This document shows positions 37,785 through 48,008 of a stretch of DNA of 64,000 nt, piece after piece. Origin of the DNA: Alphaproteobacteria bacterium. Its GTDB lineage: Bacteria > Pseudomonadota > Alphaproteobacteria > JAJTHO01 > CANGXP01. How positions within the stretch are numbered: position 1 is the first letter of the stretch; each line of letters starts with the position of its first letter. The stretch is from positions 47,701-111,700 of the forward strand of contig CANGXP010000002.1 of assembly GCA_947457935.1 (NCBI GenBank), read 5' to 3'. The translations under genes and the position numbers were made by a program. The notes beneath the pieces are model-generated. The model saw only the letters and a program-made list of their open reading frames with translations, was not told the origin of the DNA and made no database searches.

Positions 37785-38921
37785 ATGACACAGCCCCCCT
37801 CCGCACTGCTCCCCGCTGGCGTTCACGATTATTTGCCCGAGACGGCACGTCAACGCTACAGTGTTGCCCACAGTCTGCTCACCACCTTTCAACAATACGG
37901 CTATGACCTTGTGTTGCCGCCGTTGGTGGAATTTGAGCAATCGTTACTCCCTGCTATGGGTAATAATTTGAGCAGCAATACTTTTAGGGTGATGGATTCG
38001 CTCTCCCATGAAATGATGGCACTCCGCGCCGACATAACCCCCCAAATTGCGCGTATTGCCACAACCCGCTTGCACAAACAACCCCGCCCCTTACGGCTTT
38101 GTTATGCAGGGGAAGTGTTGCGCCTCAGTGGCTCTGATTTGAATTATGAACGGCAATCTCTGCAAACAGGCATTGAACTTGTGGGACACGCAGGCATCAC
38201 CGCCGATGCAGAAGTGATTACTCTTGCAACACAAGCCTTACAAGCCGTTGGCGTAAAAGATATAACCGTGGATTTAACCATCCCGCCGTTGCTCACCGTG
38301 CTGGCTGATACGTTTGGGTTAGACACAGCCACTCGCACAGCTTTGTTTATTGGGCTAGAACGAAAGGAAACAGGGGTTCTAGAAGCGCTTTCTCCTGATG
38401 CAAAAGCCTGTTTTCAGCAAGTATTGCGATTTGTGGGCAACAGCAAATCCTTGCCGATTGCGACGTTGTTAGAGGTATTCCCCAAAGAAGCAGCCCCGTT
38501 GTTGCAGAATTTACAGGCATTGATTGCCGCCCTAGAAAACGTGCCCAGCATCAACACAATAACAGTTGATATGACCGAACAACGCGGTTTTCTCTATCAT
38601 AGCAGCGTGTGCTTCTCCCTGTTTGCTAACGGGTTTCGCGGCGAAATTGGACGCGGTGGACGCTATGTTGTGGGCGAGGCACGCGAGCCCGCTGTGGGCT
38701 TTAGTGTGTATATTGACCCGCTGTTGCGTTCTCTCCCTGCTTTACAGCCTGTCGTAAAGATTCTTATTCCGCAGAATCTCCCCTTACAAAAACAAGATGA
38801 ATTAATCGCCCAAGGCTGGCGGTTAGCAAGACATTTACAGGAGACACCGCTCAGTGCTGCAACGGCAGTGGCACAGGGGTGTGCGGCGTGGTATGATGGC
38901 AACGCCATTCAAAAGAGGTAA
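37785..38921 (+). CDS. hisZ: ATP phosphoribosyltransferase regulatory subunit HisZ (HisRS-like, no anticodon-binding domain)
   Basis: 378 aa with class-II aaRS-like motifs (LRLCYAGEVLR, GGRYD-like GRGGRYV). The length fits HisZ rather than HisS. No hisG follows. Confidence 0.65.
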   Translation: MTQPPSALLPAGVHDYLPETARQRYSVAHSLLTTFQQYGYDLVLPPLVEFEQSLLPAMGNNLSSNTFRVMDSLSHEMMALRADITPQIARIATTRLHKQPRPLRLCYAGEVLRLSGSDLNYERQSLQTGIELVGHAGITADAEVITLATQALQAVGVKDITVDLTIPPLLTVLADTFGLDTATRTALFIGLERKETGVLEALSPDAKACFQQVLRFVGNSKSLPIATLLEVFPKEAAPLLQNLQALIAALENVPSINTITVDMTEQRGFLYHSSVCFSLFANGFRGEIGRGGRYVVGEAREPAVGFSVYIDPLLRSLPALQPVVKILIPQNLPLQKQDELIAQGWRLARHLQETPLSAATAVAQGCAAWYDGNAIQKR

Positions 38922-38925
38922 AGTT

Positions 38926-39555
38926 ATGCATATTTTGAGTCATCGCGGATACTGGCAAGCCCCCTCAGAAAAAAATACAGCGGAAGCATTCCATCGCTCT
39001 TTTGCTTTGGGTTTTGGTACAGAAACAGATTTTCGTGACTGTAACGGCGGTCTGGTTATTGCCCATGACTGCCCAACACAGGATTCGATGCCTGCTGCAA
39101 CATTCTTTGAGATTTATAACAGCTATTCCTTGGATGTTCCTCTTGCTCTCAATATTAAGTCAGATGGACTGCAATCACTGTTGAAACAAGCATTAGATAA
39201 CGCGAACATCCCTCATTACTTTGTGTTTGATATGTCAGTTCCCGATATGCTGCACTATCAACGTGCTGGCATGCCCTACTACACACGCCAGAGTGATATT
39301 GAGACAGAATTGGTGCTATATGAAAACGCCACAGGGGTATGGTTAGACAGTTTTGGGGCGGAAGACTGGATTGCAGAATCGACTATCGCAATGCATCTTG
39401 AAGCAGGAAAATCTGTATGTGTTGTGTCCCCCGATTTGCATAAACGGGCACATCTTCCCTTCTGGCAACGTTTGAAGGGCTTTTCCTGTTTACAGGACTC
39501 ACGCCTTATGCTCTGTACGGATTATCCAGAACAAGCGCGGGAGTTTTTTCGGTGA
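38926..39555 (+). CDS. Glycerophosphodiester phosphodiesterase-like (GDPD/GP-PDE family) protein
   Basis: N-terminal HRGYW...EKNTAEAFHRSFALGFGTETDFRDCNGGLVIAHD pattern (HR..ENT..AF..A...G.E.D....DG..V..HD) of GDPD enzymes. An AAGAGG Shine-Dalgarno lies 7 nt upstream of the ATG. It is the first gene of a 5-gene overlapping cassette. Confidence 0.5.
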   Translation: MHILSHRGYWQAPSEKNTAEAFHRSFALGFGTETDFRDCNGGLVIAHDCPTQDSMPAATFFEIYNSYSLDVPLALNIKSDGLQSLLKQALDNANIPHYFVFDMSVPDMLHYQRAGMPYYTRQSDIETELVLYENATGVWLDSFGAEDWIAESTIAMHLEAGKSVCVVSPDLHKRAHLPFWQRLKGFSCLQDSRLMLCTDYPEQAREFFR

Positions 39556-40199
39556 CAATTAAAGCCGTAATTTTTGATATGGACGGCGTGCTGATTGATG
39601 CCAAAGACTGGCATTATGAAGCCCTTAATCGTGCCCTTGCCCTGTTTGGATATGAAATTAGCCGTTATGATCACCTCGTCACATACGATGGGCTACCTAC
39701 CGCCAAGAAACTTGATATGTTGACGCTGGAAAGGGGACTCCCCAAAGGACTGCATCGCTTTTTGAATGACTTAAAACAAAAATACACGATGGAAATTATA
39801 CACGCGCAGTGTAAGCCAACATTTGCGCATGAATATGCTTTGTCACGACTAAAAGCCGAGGGCTACAAACTCGCTATTGCCTCTAATTCTGTGCGCAATA
39901 CTGTTGAAAGCATGATGGAAAAAAGCATGTTGCGCCCCTATCTTGAACTTCTTTTATCTAACCAAGATGTTAAAAAAGGCAAACCCGATCCTGAAATTTA
40001 CACAACCTCTATTGAGAAATTGGGGCTAACTCCCTCAGAATGCTTAGTGGTTGAAGATAATCCCCACGGGATTAAAGCAGCCAGAGATGCAGGGGCGCAT
40101 GTTATGGTGGTGCAAACAGTTTATGATGTTCATTACACCGCCATTAAACAGGAAATTGCAAAAGCAACCGCGTTGAATAACGAGGGTGTTGCAGCATGA
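39552..40199 (+). CDS. HAD-superfamily subfamily IA hydrolase (beta-phosphoglucomutase-like phosphatase)
   Basis: Motif I VIFDMDGVLIDA, motif III K (KKGKPDP) and motif IV (VVEDNPHGIKAARDAG). It overlaps its neighbours by 4 nt at both ends. Confidence 0.7.
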   Translation: MTIKAVIFDMDGVLIDAKDWHYEALNRALALFGYEISRYDHLVTYDGLPTAKKLDMLTLERGLPKGLHRFLNDLKQKYTMEIIHAQCKPTFAHEYALSRLKAEGYKLAIASNSVRNTVESMMEKSMLRPYLELLLSNQDVKKGKPDPEIYTTSIEKLGLTPSECLVVEDNPHGIKAARDAGAHVMVVQTVYDVHYTAIKQEIAKATALNNEGVAA

Positions 40200-40969
40200 G
40201 TGCCTCTAAACTCAATGTTCTCATCCTGATGGCAGGGTCTAGCAAGTCCTTTAAGGAAGCAGGTCATATATACCCCAAAATGCTGCTAGAAATAGATGGT
40301 AAGTCTCTTGTTGAACACGTTATTGCTTCTTATGGATCGTTGGTCTCTGAGGAAGTAAACTTAACTTTTGTGATACGCAAAGAAGACAACCAAGCCTTCC
40401 ATCTTGGCACTGTCATAAAATTATTAATGCCTGATGCCACAATCCTTGAAGTAGGCGGCACAACGGCTGGGGCTGCCTGCACCGCTCTTCTTGCGATTGA
40501 TAATATTAATACAAACGATGCGCTCCTTATTCTCAATGGCGATCAAATTTTGCACACTGACTTGGGCGCGATTGTTAAAAAATTTCACACACAACAATGG
40601 GATGGCGGGATTGTGACATTTCGGGCTGTGCACCCTAAATGGTCGTACGTCAAAGCAAATGTAGATGGCTTCGTCATTGAAGCAGCGGAGAAACGCCCCA
40701 TCAGCAATAGAGCAACAGCAGGAGTCTATTACTTCAAAAAAGGGGCTGATTTTGTCGAAGCAGCAACCAGCATGATCGTGAAAGATGCGCATGTGGACGG
40801 GGCATTTTATGTCTGCCCCTGTTATAATGAAATGATTTTACGTCAAAAAACGATAGGAACGCACGAAATAAGCGCGAAACAATACCTTTCTATCATAACA
40901 CCCCAAGCCTTACAGGCACTAGAAGAAGCTGTTAATACGGGAAAGGTGCGCCTTTATGAAGCTGCATAA
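40196..40969 (+). CDS. Sugar/alcohol-phosphate nucleotidyltransferase-like protein (NTP_transferase GT-A fold), paralogue 1
   Basis: N-terminal LILMAGSSKSF...PKMLLEIDGKSLVEH nucleotide-binding loop and clear paralogy to the 41306-42052 product (HPKWSYVK../DPKWSFVR.., AGVYYFKKGADFV/VGIYNFTRGADFV, FYVCPCYNEMI/FYVAPVYNQMI). Confidence 0.5.
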   Translation: MSASKLNVLILMAGSSKSFKEAGHIYPKMLLEIDGKSLVEHVIASYGSLVSEEVNLTFVIRKEDNQAFHLGTVIKLLMPDATILEVGGTTAGAACTALLAIDNINTNDALLILNGDQILHTDLGAIVKKFHTQQWDGGIVTFRAVHPKWSYVKANVDGFVIEAAEKRPISNRATAGVYYFKKGADFVEAATSMIVKDAHVDGAFYVCPCYNEMILRQKTIGTHEISAKQYLSIITPQALQALEEAVNTGKVRLYEAA

Positions 40970-41279
40970 ACTAAATGAGATGACACGCGGCTGGTTTGTG
41001 GGAGACTTCACGCCCAGCCTCTATCAAACACAAGATGTTGAGGTTGCCATCCAGCATTTTGCAGCAGGCACGGTGGAGGCAGAGCATTATCACGCCATTG
41101 CAACGGAGATTACCGTTATCGTCAGTGGCGAAGCAGAAATGCAGGGTCGTCGTGTTAAAGCAGGTGATATTGTTGTCATTGAACCCAAGGAAATTACGGG
41201 TTTTACAGCTATTACAGATGTGACAACAGCCGTTGTAAAACTCCCCGGAGCAAAAAATGACAAATATCTCGCGTTGTAA
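40956..41279 (+). CDS. Small cupin-fold protein
   Basis: 107 aa with a His-containing cupin motif region (AAGTVEAEHYHAIATEITVIVSGEAEM...GDIVVIEP). It overlaps the upstream gene by 14 nt. Confidence 0.45.
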   Translation: MKLHKLNEMTRGWFVGDFTPSLYQTQDVEVAIQHFAAGTVEAEHYHAIATEITVIVSGEAEMQGRRVKAGDIVVIEPKEITGFTAITDVTTAVVKLPGAKNDKYLAL

Positions 41280-41305
41280 ACACAAAAAGATAAGGATATT
41301 GAGCA

Positions 41306-42052
41306 GTGATTAATATTGTTGTCCCCATGGCAGGCCATGGAAGTCGCTTTTCTAAGGCGGGCTACACACTACCCAAACCCCTTATTCCCGTGGCTGGCGT
41401 GCCCATGATCAAAGGAGTAATTGCCAACCTTACCCCACAAATACCACATCGATTTATTTTTATCTGCCAAGCGACACACCTAGCAAATTATGGTCTATCG
41501 GAAAACCTTCGCCAGTGGGCAAAAAATTGCGTTATTCTTTCTGTTGATAGCGTAACAGAGGGAGCAGCCTGCACTGTATTATTAGCAGAAAAATTCATCA
41601 ATAATGAAGATCCGTTGATGATTGCAAATTGTGACCAGTATGTAGACGTAAATATTGACGCGTATCTAGAGGCACAACAAGGATTCTCGGGGTTAATGAT
41701 GACCATGAAGGCAGCTGATCCTAAATGGTCTTTTGTACGCTTTGATGAATCAGGAAAAATCATAGAAGTAGTAGAAAAAGAGGTTGTATCTGATGAAGCT
41801 ACAGTGGGGATCTATAATTTTACACGGGGCGCAGATTTTGTGGTCGCAGCAAAAAAAATGATTGCACAAAATTTACGTGTTAAGGGTGAATTTTATGTTG
41901 CACCTGTGTATAATCAAATGATAGCGCACGGTGCAAAAATAGGCATTTATAATATTGGTACAGTGAACAACGGAATGTATGGCTTAGGAACACCTGAAGA
42001 TTTAGAGGTCTTTTTGAATTTACCCATAGCAACCGTTTTTGCTGCTGCATAA
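41306..42052 (+). CDS. Sugar/alcohol-phosphate nucleotidyltransferase-like protein, paralogue 2
   Basis: VVPMAGHGSRFSKAGYTLPKPLIPVAGVPMI N-terminal loop. Paralogous to the 40196-40969 product. Confidence 0.5.
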   Translation: MINIVVPMAGHGSRFSKAGYTLPKPLIPVAGVPMIKGVIANLTPQIPHRFIFICQATHLANYGLSENLRQWAKNCVILSVDSVTEGAACTVLLAEKFINNEDPLMIANCDQYVDVNIDAYLEAQQGFSGLMMTMKAADPKWSFVRFDESGKIIEVVEKEVVSDEATVGIYNFTRGADFVVAAKKMIAQNLRVKGEFYVAPVYNQMIAHGAKIGIYNIGTVNNGMYGLGTPEDLEVFLNLPIATVFAAA

Positions 42053-42067
42053 ATAAGGTATAGAAAA

Positions 42068-43360
42068 ATGAGTAATGTCACCGTAATCGGCGCACAGTGG
42101 GGCGATGAAGGCAAAGGAAAAATCGTTGATTGGTTGTCTGAACGCGCCGATGTGGTCGTGCGTTTCCAAGGCGGTCACAACGCAGGGCACACGCTGGTGG
42201 TTGATGGCGTGACCTATAAACTGCATTTGTTGCCCTCTGGCGTGGTGCGCCCGAATAAGCTGGCGGTGATCGGCAATGGCGTGGTGCTTGACCCATGGGC
42301 ATTGTTCACCGAAATTGCCACGGTGCAGCAACAGGGCATTGAGATTACGTCTGAACGCCTCCGTATAGCAGAGAACGTGCCGCTGATTCTCCCTGTGCAT
42401 GTGTTGAGTGACAAGGCGCGGGAAGCGGCACGCGGCAGCAGCAAAATTGGCACCACAGGGCGCGGTATTGGCCCTGCGTATGAAGACAAAGTGGCGCGGC
42501 GTGCCATTCGCTTGTGTGACTTGGCACATCCCGCCACCTTGGCAGATAAACTCCAGCCCCTTGTTGACCACCACAACGCGTTGTTGCGCGGTTTTGGCGC
42601 AACGGAAGCAAATGCAGCAGAGATTCTTCAGCAGCTCCTAGAAATAGCCCCGAAACTATTGCCTTATGCCAGTCCTGTGTGGAAATTGCTCAATGAAAAA
42701 CAACAGCAAAACCAGCGCATTTTGTTTGAGGGCGCACAAGGCATTATGCTGGATATTGATCACGGCACCTATCCGTTTGTAACGTCCTCTAACACCGTGC
42801 CAGCGGCTGCAACGTCGGGCAGCGGGATGAGTCCCCAAGCAGTCGGCTATATTCTTGGCATTACCAAGGCGTATACAACGCGGGTGGGCAGTGGGCCTTT
42901 CCCCACAGAGCAACTTAATGCTGACGGCGAGCGCATGGGCGAACGCGGGCATGAGTTTGGCACTACCACAGGGCGCAAACGTCGTTGCGGATGGTTTGAT
43001 GCGGTGATGGTGCGGCAAGCTGCAAAAATCACGGGCATGAATGGTATGGCACTCACCAAGCTTGATGTGCTGGATGGCTTTGAAACCCTGCCTATTTGCG
43101 TTGGCTATGATTATAACGGCACGGTGTTAGACTATCTCCCCGCTGCCCCTGAAGTACAAGCCGCCGTAAAACCTATTTATGAAATGATGGCGGGATGGGG
43201 CGAGAATACCAGCGGTATTCGCAACTGGAACGACCTCCCCAAACAAGCACAAGAATATGTGCGGCGCATTGAGGCATTAACAGAAACCCCTGTGGCGTTG
43301 CTCTCCACAAGCCCAAAACGGGAAGATACAATGCTGATGATTGACCCGTTTGGGGGGTGA
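42068..43360 (+). CDS. purA: Adenylosuccinate synthetase
   Basis: GDEGKGK P-loop ([12 protein letters not shown]), GGHNAGHT and [11 protein letters not shown] motifs. 430 aa. Confidence 0.9.
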   Translation: MSNVTVIGAQWGDEGKGKIVDWLSERADVVVRFQGGHNAGHTLVVDGVTYKLHLLPSGVVRPNKLAVIGNGVVLDPWALFTEIATVQQQGIEITSERLRIAENVPLILPVHVLSDKAREAARGSSKIGTTGRGIGPAYEDKVARRAIRLCDLAHPATLADKLQPLVDHHNALLRGFGATEANAAEILQQLLEIAPKLLPYASPVWKLLNEKQQQNQRILFEGAQGIMLDIDHGTYPFVTSSNTVPAAATSGSGMSPQAVGYILGITKAYTTRVGSGPFPTEQLNADGERMGERGHEFGTTTGRKRRCGWFDAVMVRQAAKITGMNGMALTKLDVLDGFETLPICVGYDYNGTVLDYLPAAPEVQAAVKPIYEMMAGWGENTSGIRNWNDLPKQAQEYVRRIEALTETPVALLSTSPKREDTMLMIDPFGG

Positions 43361-43385
43361 TTTGCTTGTTGATGGGAGAAGCATT

Positions 43386-45260
43386 TTAAAGTGTAATACC
43401 TACAGTGGCGATAATTTCTTGCACCACACTCGGATCTGCCAGCGTAGAAATATCCCCTAAGCTGTCCACTTCCCCCGCCGCAATTTTCCGCAAAATCCGC
43501 CGCATGATTTTCCCCGAACGGGTTTTGGGCAAGCCACTGCAAAACTGAATTTTATCAGGGGTGGCAATGGGGCTTAAGTGTTCGCGCACCTGTTGCACAA
43601 GGGCTTTTTTTAAAGCATCTGAAGGGGCGTATTCTTTATGCAAGATAACAAACGCATAAATGCCTTGTCCTTTCACATCATGGGGGAAGCCAACGACAGC
43701 TGCCTCCACCACCTCTTCTGCTTCGTCTAAAATTGCCTCAATTTCCGCTGTTCCTAAGCGATGCCCCGCGACATTAATCACGTCATCCACCCGCCCTGTA
43801 ATCCAATAATCACCGTCGCTATCACGACGACACCCATCCCCTGAAAAATAATACCCTGTAAAGCTGCTGAAATAGGTTTGCTCGAAACGGGCGTGGTCGC
43901 CATAGAGCGTGCGGGCTTGCGCTGGCCACGAATCAGCAAGGCATAAGTTGCCCTCTGCTTCTCCCTGTAACACCGTGCCATCATTATCAAGAATAACAGG
44001 CTGAATGGTGGGCAAGGGTTGCGTTGCACTGCCCGCTTTGGGGCTGGTGATGTGCGCCGCACGGGGGCTAATCAGAATGCCGCCTGTTTCCGTTTGCCAC
44101 CATGTATCCACCACCGCGCACTGCTTTAAGCCCACCTTTTCATTATACCAGTGCCACGCTTCAGGGTTAATCGGTTCGCCCACACTGCCCAACACGCGCA
44201 GGCTTTTGCGAGAGGTGCTGTCAAGGTAGCTATCGCCCTCGCGCATCAAGGCTCTGATAGCCGTCGGCGCGGTGTAAAAAATGTTCACTTGATACTTGTC
44301 GATAATCTGCCAGCAGCGCGACGCATCGGGATAGGTCGGTACGCCCTCAAAAATCAAGGTTGTTGCCCCGTTTGCCAACGCACCATAGACGGTATAGGTA
44401 TGACCCGTAATCCAGCCCACATCGGCGGTGCACCAATACACATCGCCCTGTTTATAGTCGAACACCTGTTCATGGGTATAGGCGGCATAAACCAAGTATC
44501 CGCCTGTTGTGTGGAGAACCCCTTTCGGCTTACCTGTTGACCCTGAGGTATACAGCAAGAACAACGGGGCTTCCGCGTTCATCGGCACGCACGGGCAATC
44601 GATGTCAACCGTTGTCGCGATGTCTTTATACGCAATATCGCGCCCGTCTACCCAATCGTTGAGTGCACAGCCTGTATGCTCAATCACCAGTACTGTTTCA
44701 ACAGTGATAAGATGCTCGAGTGCCTTATCCACATTGGCTTTGAGCGGCACGGCTTTTCCTGCTCTCCGCCCTTCATCGGCGGTTATCACTATCTTTGAGC
44801 CGCAATCCTCAATCCGTCCTGCTAATGCTTCAGGCGAAAATCCGCCAAACACCACCGAATGCACCGCGCCAATTCGCGCACACGCCAGCATGGCATACAC
44901 TGCCTCGGGAATCATGGGAAGATAGATGGTCACACGGTCGCCTTGTTCAACGCCCAGTTTTTTCAGCACGTTGGCAAAACGACACACGTTTTCATAAAGC
45001 TGTTGGTAGGTGATTTTTTGACTGTCTTCAGGATTATCCCCCTCCCAAATCAGCGCAGTATGATTGGCTTTAGCGGGCAAGTGGCGGTCAACGCAGTTGT
45101 AACACACGTTCAATTCACCATCCGCGAACCAGCGGATATGCACAGGGGATGTGAACGACACATCTTTTACTTCAGTGAACGGTTTATCCCACGAGAGGCA
45201 GAGGGCTTCTTGTGCCCAGAAGGTTGTAGCATCTAAAGAAACAGTGGGGTTGCTTGGCAT
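43386..45260 (-). CDS. acs: Acetyl-CoA synthetase (AMP-forming)
   Basis: 624 aa with an AMP-binding motif ([12 protein letters not shown]), a core YGxTE-like region (WWQTETGG) and the C-terminal lysine region ([20 protein letters not shown]). Confidence 0.9.
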   Translation of the reverse strand: MPSNPTVSLDATTFWAQEALCLSWDKPFTEVKDVSFTSPVHIRWFADGELNVCYNCVDRHLPAKANHTALIWEGDNPEDSQKITYQQLYENVCRFANVLKKLGVEQGDRVTIYLPMIPEAVYAMLACARIGAVHSVVFGGFSPEALAGRIEDCGSKIVITADEGRRAGKAVPLKANVDKALEHLITVETVLVIEHTGCALNDWVDGRDIAYKDIATTVDIDCPCVPMNAEAPLFLLYTSGSTGKPKGVLHTTGGYLVYAAYTHEQVFDYKQGDVYWCTADVGWITGHTYTVYGALANGATTLIFEGVPTYPDASRCWQIIDKYQVNIFYTAPTAIRALMREGDSYLDSTSRKSLRVLGSVGEPINPEAWHWYNEKVGLKQCAVVDTWWQTETGGILISPRAAHITSPKAGSATQPLPTIQPVILDNDGTVLQGEAEGNLCLADSWPAQARTLYGDHARFEQTYFSSFTGYYFSGDGCRRDSDGDYWITGRVDDVINVAGHRLGTAEIEAILDEAEEVVEAAVVGFPHDVKGQGIYAFVILHKEYAPSDALKKALVQQVREHLSPIATPDKIQFCSGLPKTRSGKIMRRILRKIAAGEVDSLGDISTLADPSVVQEIIATVGITL

Positions 45261-45308
45261 AAATCAACATACCTTCTAGTTGTTGTTATTTTAATACGCA
45301 TTGCAGAT

Positions 45309-45385
45309 ATGTTTCACGTGAAACATTGTTTTCGCGGTAGAAAACCGCCATTTTTTCAAAAATCGGTGTTTTTTTAGGTGGCTTT
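45309..45385 (+). repeat. Roughly 80-nt repeat, copy 1: 18-bp perfect palindrome ATGTTTCACGTGAAACAT, then TGTTTTCGCGG, hairpin GCGGTAGAAAACCGC, T-run, and TTTTCAAAAATCGGYG
   Basis: It matches the reverse complement of 62294-62374 over about 75 nt. It lies in the acs upstream region, on the strand opposite to acs. Confidence 0.6.
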
Positions 45386-45426
45386 CAGAGGCAAAAAGTG
45401 TTAATTTTTCATTACTAATCAACGCA

Positions 45427-46413
45427 TTATGTATCAAGCGTATTATACATTTTCACAATTTTCATCACTAACGGATGTCGCACTACATCATCCTCGCTGA
45501 ATTGCGTAATGCCAATTTCAGGAATATCTTTCAGCAGGTGGAGTGCTTGAGAAAGTCCTGATTTTGAAGGGTGCGGCAAATCGATCTGTGTTAAGTCTCC
45601 CGTCACCACCATACGCGAGTTTTCCCCCAAGCGGGTGAGAAACATTTTTAATTGCATAGGCGTTGCGTTTTGTGCCTCATCGAGAATACAAAAGGCATTG
45701 GCAAGGGTGCGCCCGCGCATAAATGCCAATGGCGCAATTTCAATCTCATTATTCTCAATCTTCTTTTGTACTACGTCAGGGGGCAACATATCGTCTAATG
45801 CGTCATAGAGCGGACGCAAATAGGGATCGACTTTCATTTTTAAATCCCCCGGTAAAAAGCCGAGGTGTTCGCCCGCTTCCACAGCGGGGCGAGAGAGAAT
45901 AATCCGCTCAACTGCGCCCGCCATTAACAGTTCCACCGCTTTCGCCACCGCAAGGTAGGTTTTGCCTGTCCCTGCAGGCCCCACGCCAAACACCAACTCA
46001 CATTGGTTGAGCATCTTTAAATAGCCCGCTTGCCGTTGCGAACGGGGGTTAATAAATTTGCGCTTGGTTTTCACCAGCAACGACTTACTGTTGAAGTCTT
46101 CAAGGGCATCTGTTGTTTCAGGAGGCATCGGAGAATTTTCCTTATGAGGGGGAAGGGTTGCCATTCTAAGGGCTGCCATAACATCACTTTTTGTGACATC
46201 CTGCCCGTTCTCGAGGCGTTCATAGAGAGCTTGTAAGCAGCGTGTTCCTTCAAGCACAGCGTTTTCTTGGTCGCCCGATAGGGTTACAACATTGCCCCGT
46301 GTGCCGATGCGTACGGCGAGTTTCTCTTCAATACATTGGAGGTGGCTGTTGTGTTCCCCAAACAGTTGGGGGAGAAAGGCGTTGTTAGCAAGTTCAAGGG
46401 TTTGTTTGTGCAC
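45427..46413 (-). CDS. phoH: PhoH-like ATPase
   Basis: Walker A GPAGTGKTYLAVA and PhoH family conservation. Typical miaB-phoH arrangement. Confidence 0.85.
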   Translation of the reverse strand: MHKQTLELANNAFLPQLFGEHNSHLQCIEEKLAVRIGTRGNVVTLSGDQENAVLEGTRCLQALYERLENGQDVTKSDVMAALRMATLPPHKENSPMPPETTDALEDFNSKSLLVKTKRKFINPRSQRQAGYLKMLNQCELVFGVGPAGTGKTYLAVAKAVELLMAGAVERIILSRPAVEAGEHLGFLPGDLKMKVDPYLRPLYDALDDMLPPDVVQKKIENNEIEIAPLAFMRGRTLANAFCILDEAQNATPMQLKMFLTRLGENSRMVVTGDLTQIDLPHPSKSGLSQALHLLKDIPEIGITQFSEDDVVRHPLVMKIVKMYNTLDT

Positions 46414-46616
46414 TCAACACCTCTCATTTTGTGTCATACCAGAACCTGTTTTTGCCAAATCTCTGATTTGTCTTGCAAAAACACGGTGTCTGGTATCCAG
46501 TCCTATTTTTCTGGATTCCCGATAACAGGCTCGTATTCCAAGGAAACCTTGGACTTGCCTAAGTTTCGGGAATGACACGCCATATCCATATACTGAGAAA
46601 TGATAAAATTTGTGCA

Positions 46617-48008
46617 TCAGGCAACTTTTTGGGTTTCAATAGTGACGATTTCCCCCGCCACACTATAGGGCATTCCTGAAATAATTTTCACATCCGCAAT
46701 CGTACCAATGAGCCGTTGAGGAGCCATGATATGCACAGACTGCATGAACGGGCTTCTGCCGATAATCTGCCCTGCTTTGCGCCCTTCTTTCTCAAACAAA
46801 ACGGGCATTGTTTGCCCTTCTGTTTGTTTGTTAAAGGCTGCTTGTTGTTCGCCTAACAACCCTTGCAGAATTTGCAAGCGTTCTTGCTTTACAGGCAAGG
46901 GAATAGCATCCGCTTCCATAGCAGCAGGGGTGCCTGCCCGTGCACTATACATAAACGAATAGGCTTGTGCGTAGTTGACTTCCCGCACTAAATCGAGGGT
47001 ATCGGCAAAGTCTTGTTCGGTTTCGCGGGGGTGTCCCACGATAAAATCAGAAGAAAAAGCAATGTCAGGACGCGCAGCCCGTAGGCTAGCAATGACCTCT
47101 TTATAGGCTTCGCGGCTATGTTTGCGGTTCATCATCTCCAACATCCGATTAGAACCACTTTGCACAGGTAAATGTAAAAAAGGCATTAACGCAGGAATTT
47201 CTTTGTGTGCCTTGATGAGGTCGCTGTCCACATCACGCGGATGGGAAGTCGTATAGCGCAAGCGCACAAGCCCGTCTAGTTCTGCCATCGCGAATAACAA
47301 CCGTCCTAAACCCCATTCAGAGCCATCTGCTGCCATGCCATGATAGGCATTCACGTTTTGCCCTAATAACGTAATTTCTTTTGCCCCTGCGGCAATAAGC
47401 TGTTTTGCCTCTTTCAGCACCTCTGCCACAGGACGCGAAAATTCCGCCCCGCGTGTATACGGCACAACACAAAACGAACAAAACTTGTCACAGCCTTCTT
47501 GGATGGTGAGAAACGCGGCACCCGCTTGCACGGCGTTGCTATCACTGCCGCTTTCAGGCAGAAAATCAAATTTTGACTCAAGAGGAAAATCGGTAGCCAG
47601 AATGCCGCGCCCGCCGCTGTTTTTCTCCCGTGCGCGTTGTGCTTGCGCCACTAACTCAGGCAATTTGTGATACATTTGAGGGCCTACCACAATATCAACA
47701 TAAGGCGCACGGCGGAGCATTTCCGCGCCCTCTGCCTGTGCAACACACCCTGCAACCCCAATCACAAGGTCCTGCCCGTGCACGGCTTTTTCTGCCCGCA
47801 ACTCCCGCAATCTGCCCAATTCAGAATACACCTTCTCCGCTGCTTTTTCCCGAACATGGCAGGTGTTGAGGATTGCCATATCGGCATCATCCACCGTTTC
47901 GGTTGCCTCAAAGCCAAGGGGGCGCAAGGTATCTGCCATGCGCGATGAATCATACACGTTCATCTGGCAGCCATATGTTTTAATATAGAGTTTTTTCATG
48001 CCATCCAC
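46617..48008 (-). CDS. miaB: tRNA-i6A37 methylthiotransferase (radical SAM)
   Basis: N-terminal MTTase cysteines (YGCQMN...NTCHVRE), radical-SAM CxxxCxxC (CDKFCSFCVVP) and a C-terminal TRAM domain. Confidence 0.9.
   Translation of the reverse strand: MDGMKKLYIKTYGCQMNVYDSSRMADTLRPLGFEATETVDDADMAILNTCHVREKAAEKVYSELGRLRELRAEKAVHGQDLVIGVAGCVAQAEGAEMLRRAPYVDIVVGPQMYHKLPELVAQAQRAREKNSGGRGILATDFPLESKFDFLPESGSDSNAVQAGAAFLTIQEGCDKFCSFCVVPYTRGAEFSRPVAEVLKEAKQLIAAGAKEITLLGQNVNAYHGMAADGSEWGLGRLLFAMAELDGLVRLRYTTSHPRDVDSDLIKAHKEIPALMPFLHLPVQSGSNRMLEMMNRKHSREAYKEVIASLRAARPDIAFSSDFIVGHPRETEQDFADTLDLVREVNYAQAYSFMYSARAGTPAAMEADAIPLPVKQERLQILQGLLGEQQAAFNKQTEGQTMPVLFEKEGRKAGQIIGRSPFMQSVHIMAPQRLIGTIADVKIISGMPYSVAGEIVTIETQKVA

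Noticed and set aside
44005-45236. Several plus-strand ORFs (44151-44540, 44509-44925, 44859-45236) inside acs
   Set aside because: They are antisense to a 624-aa acetyl-CoA synthetase with all signature motifs. These are shadow ORFs.
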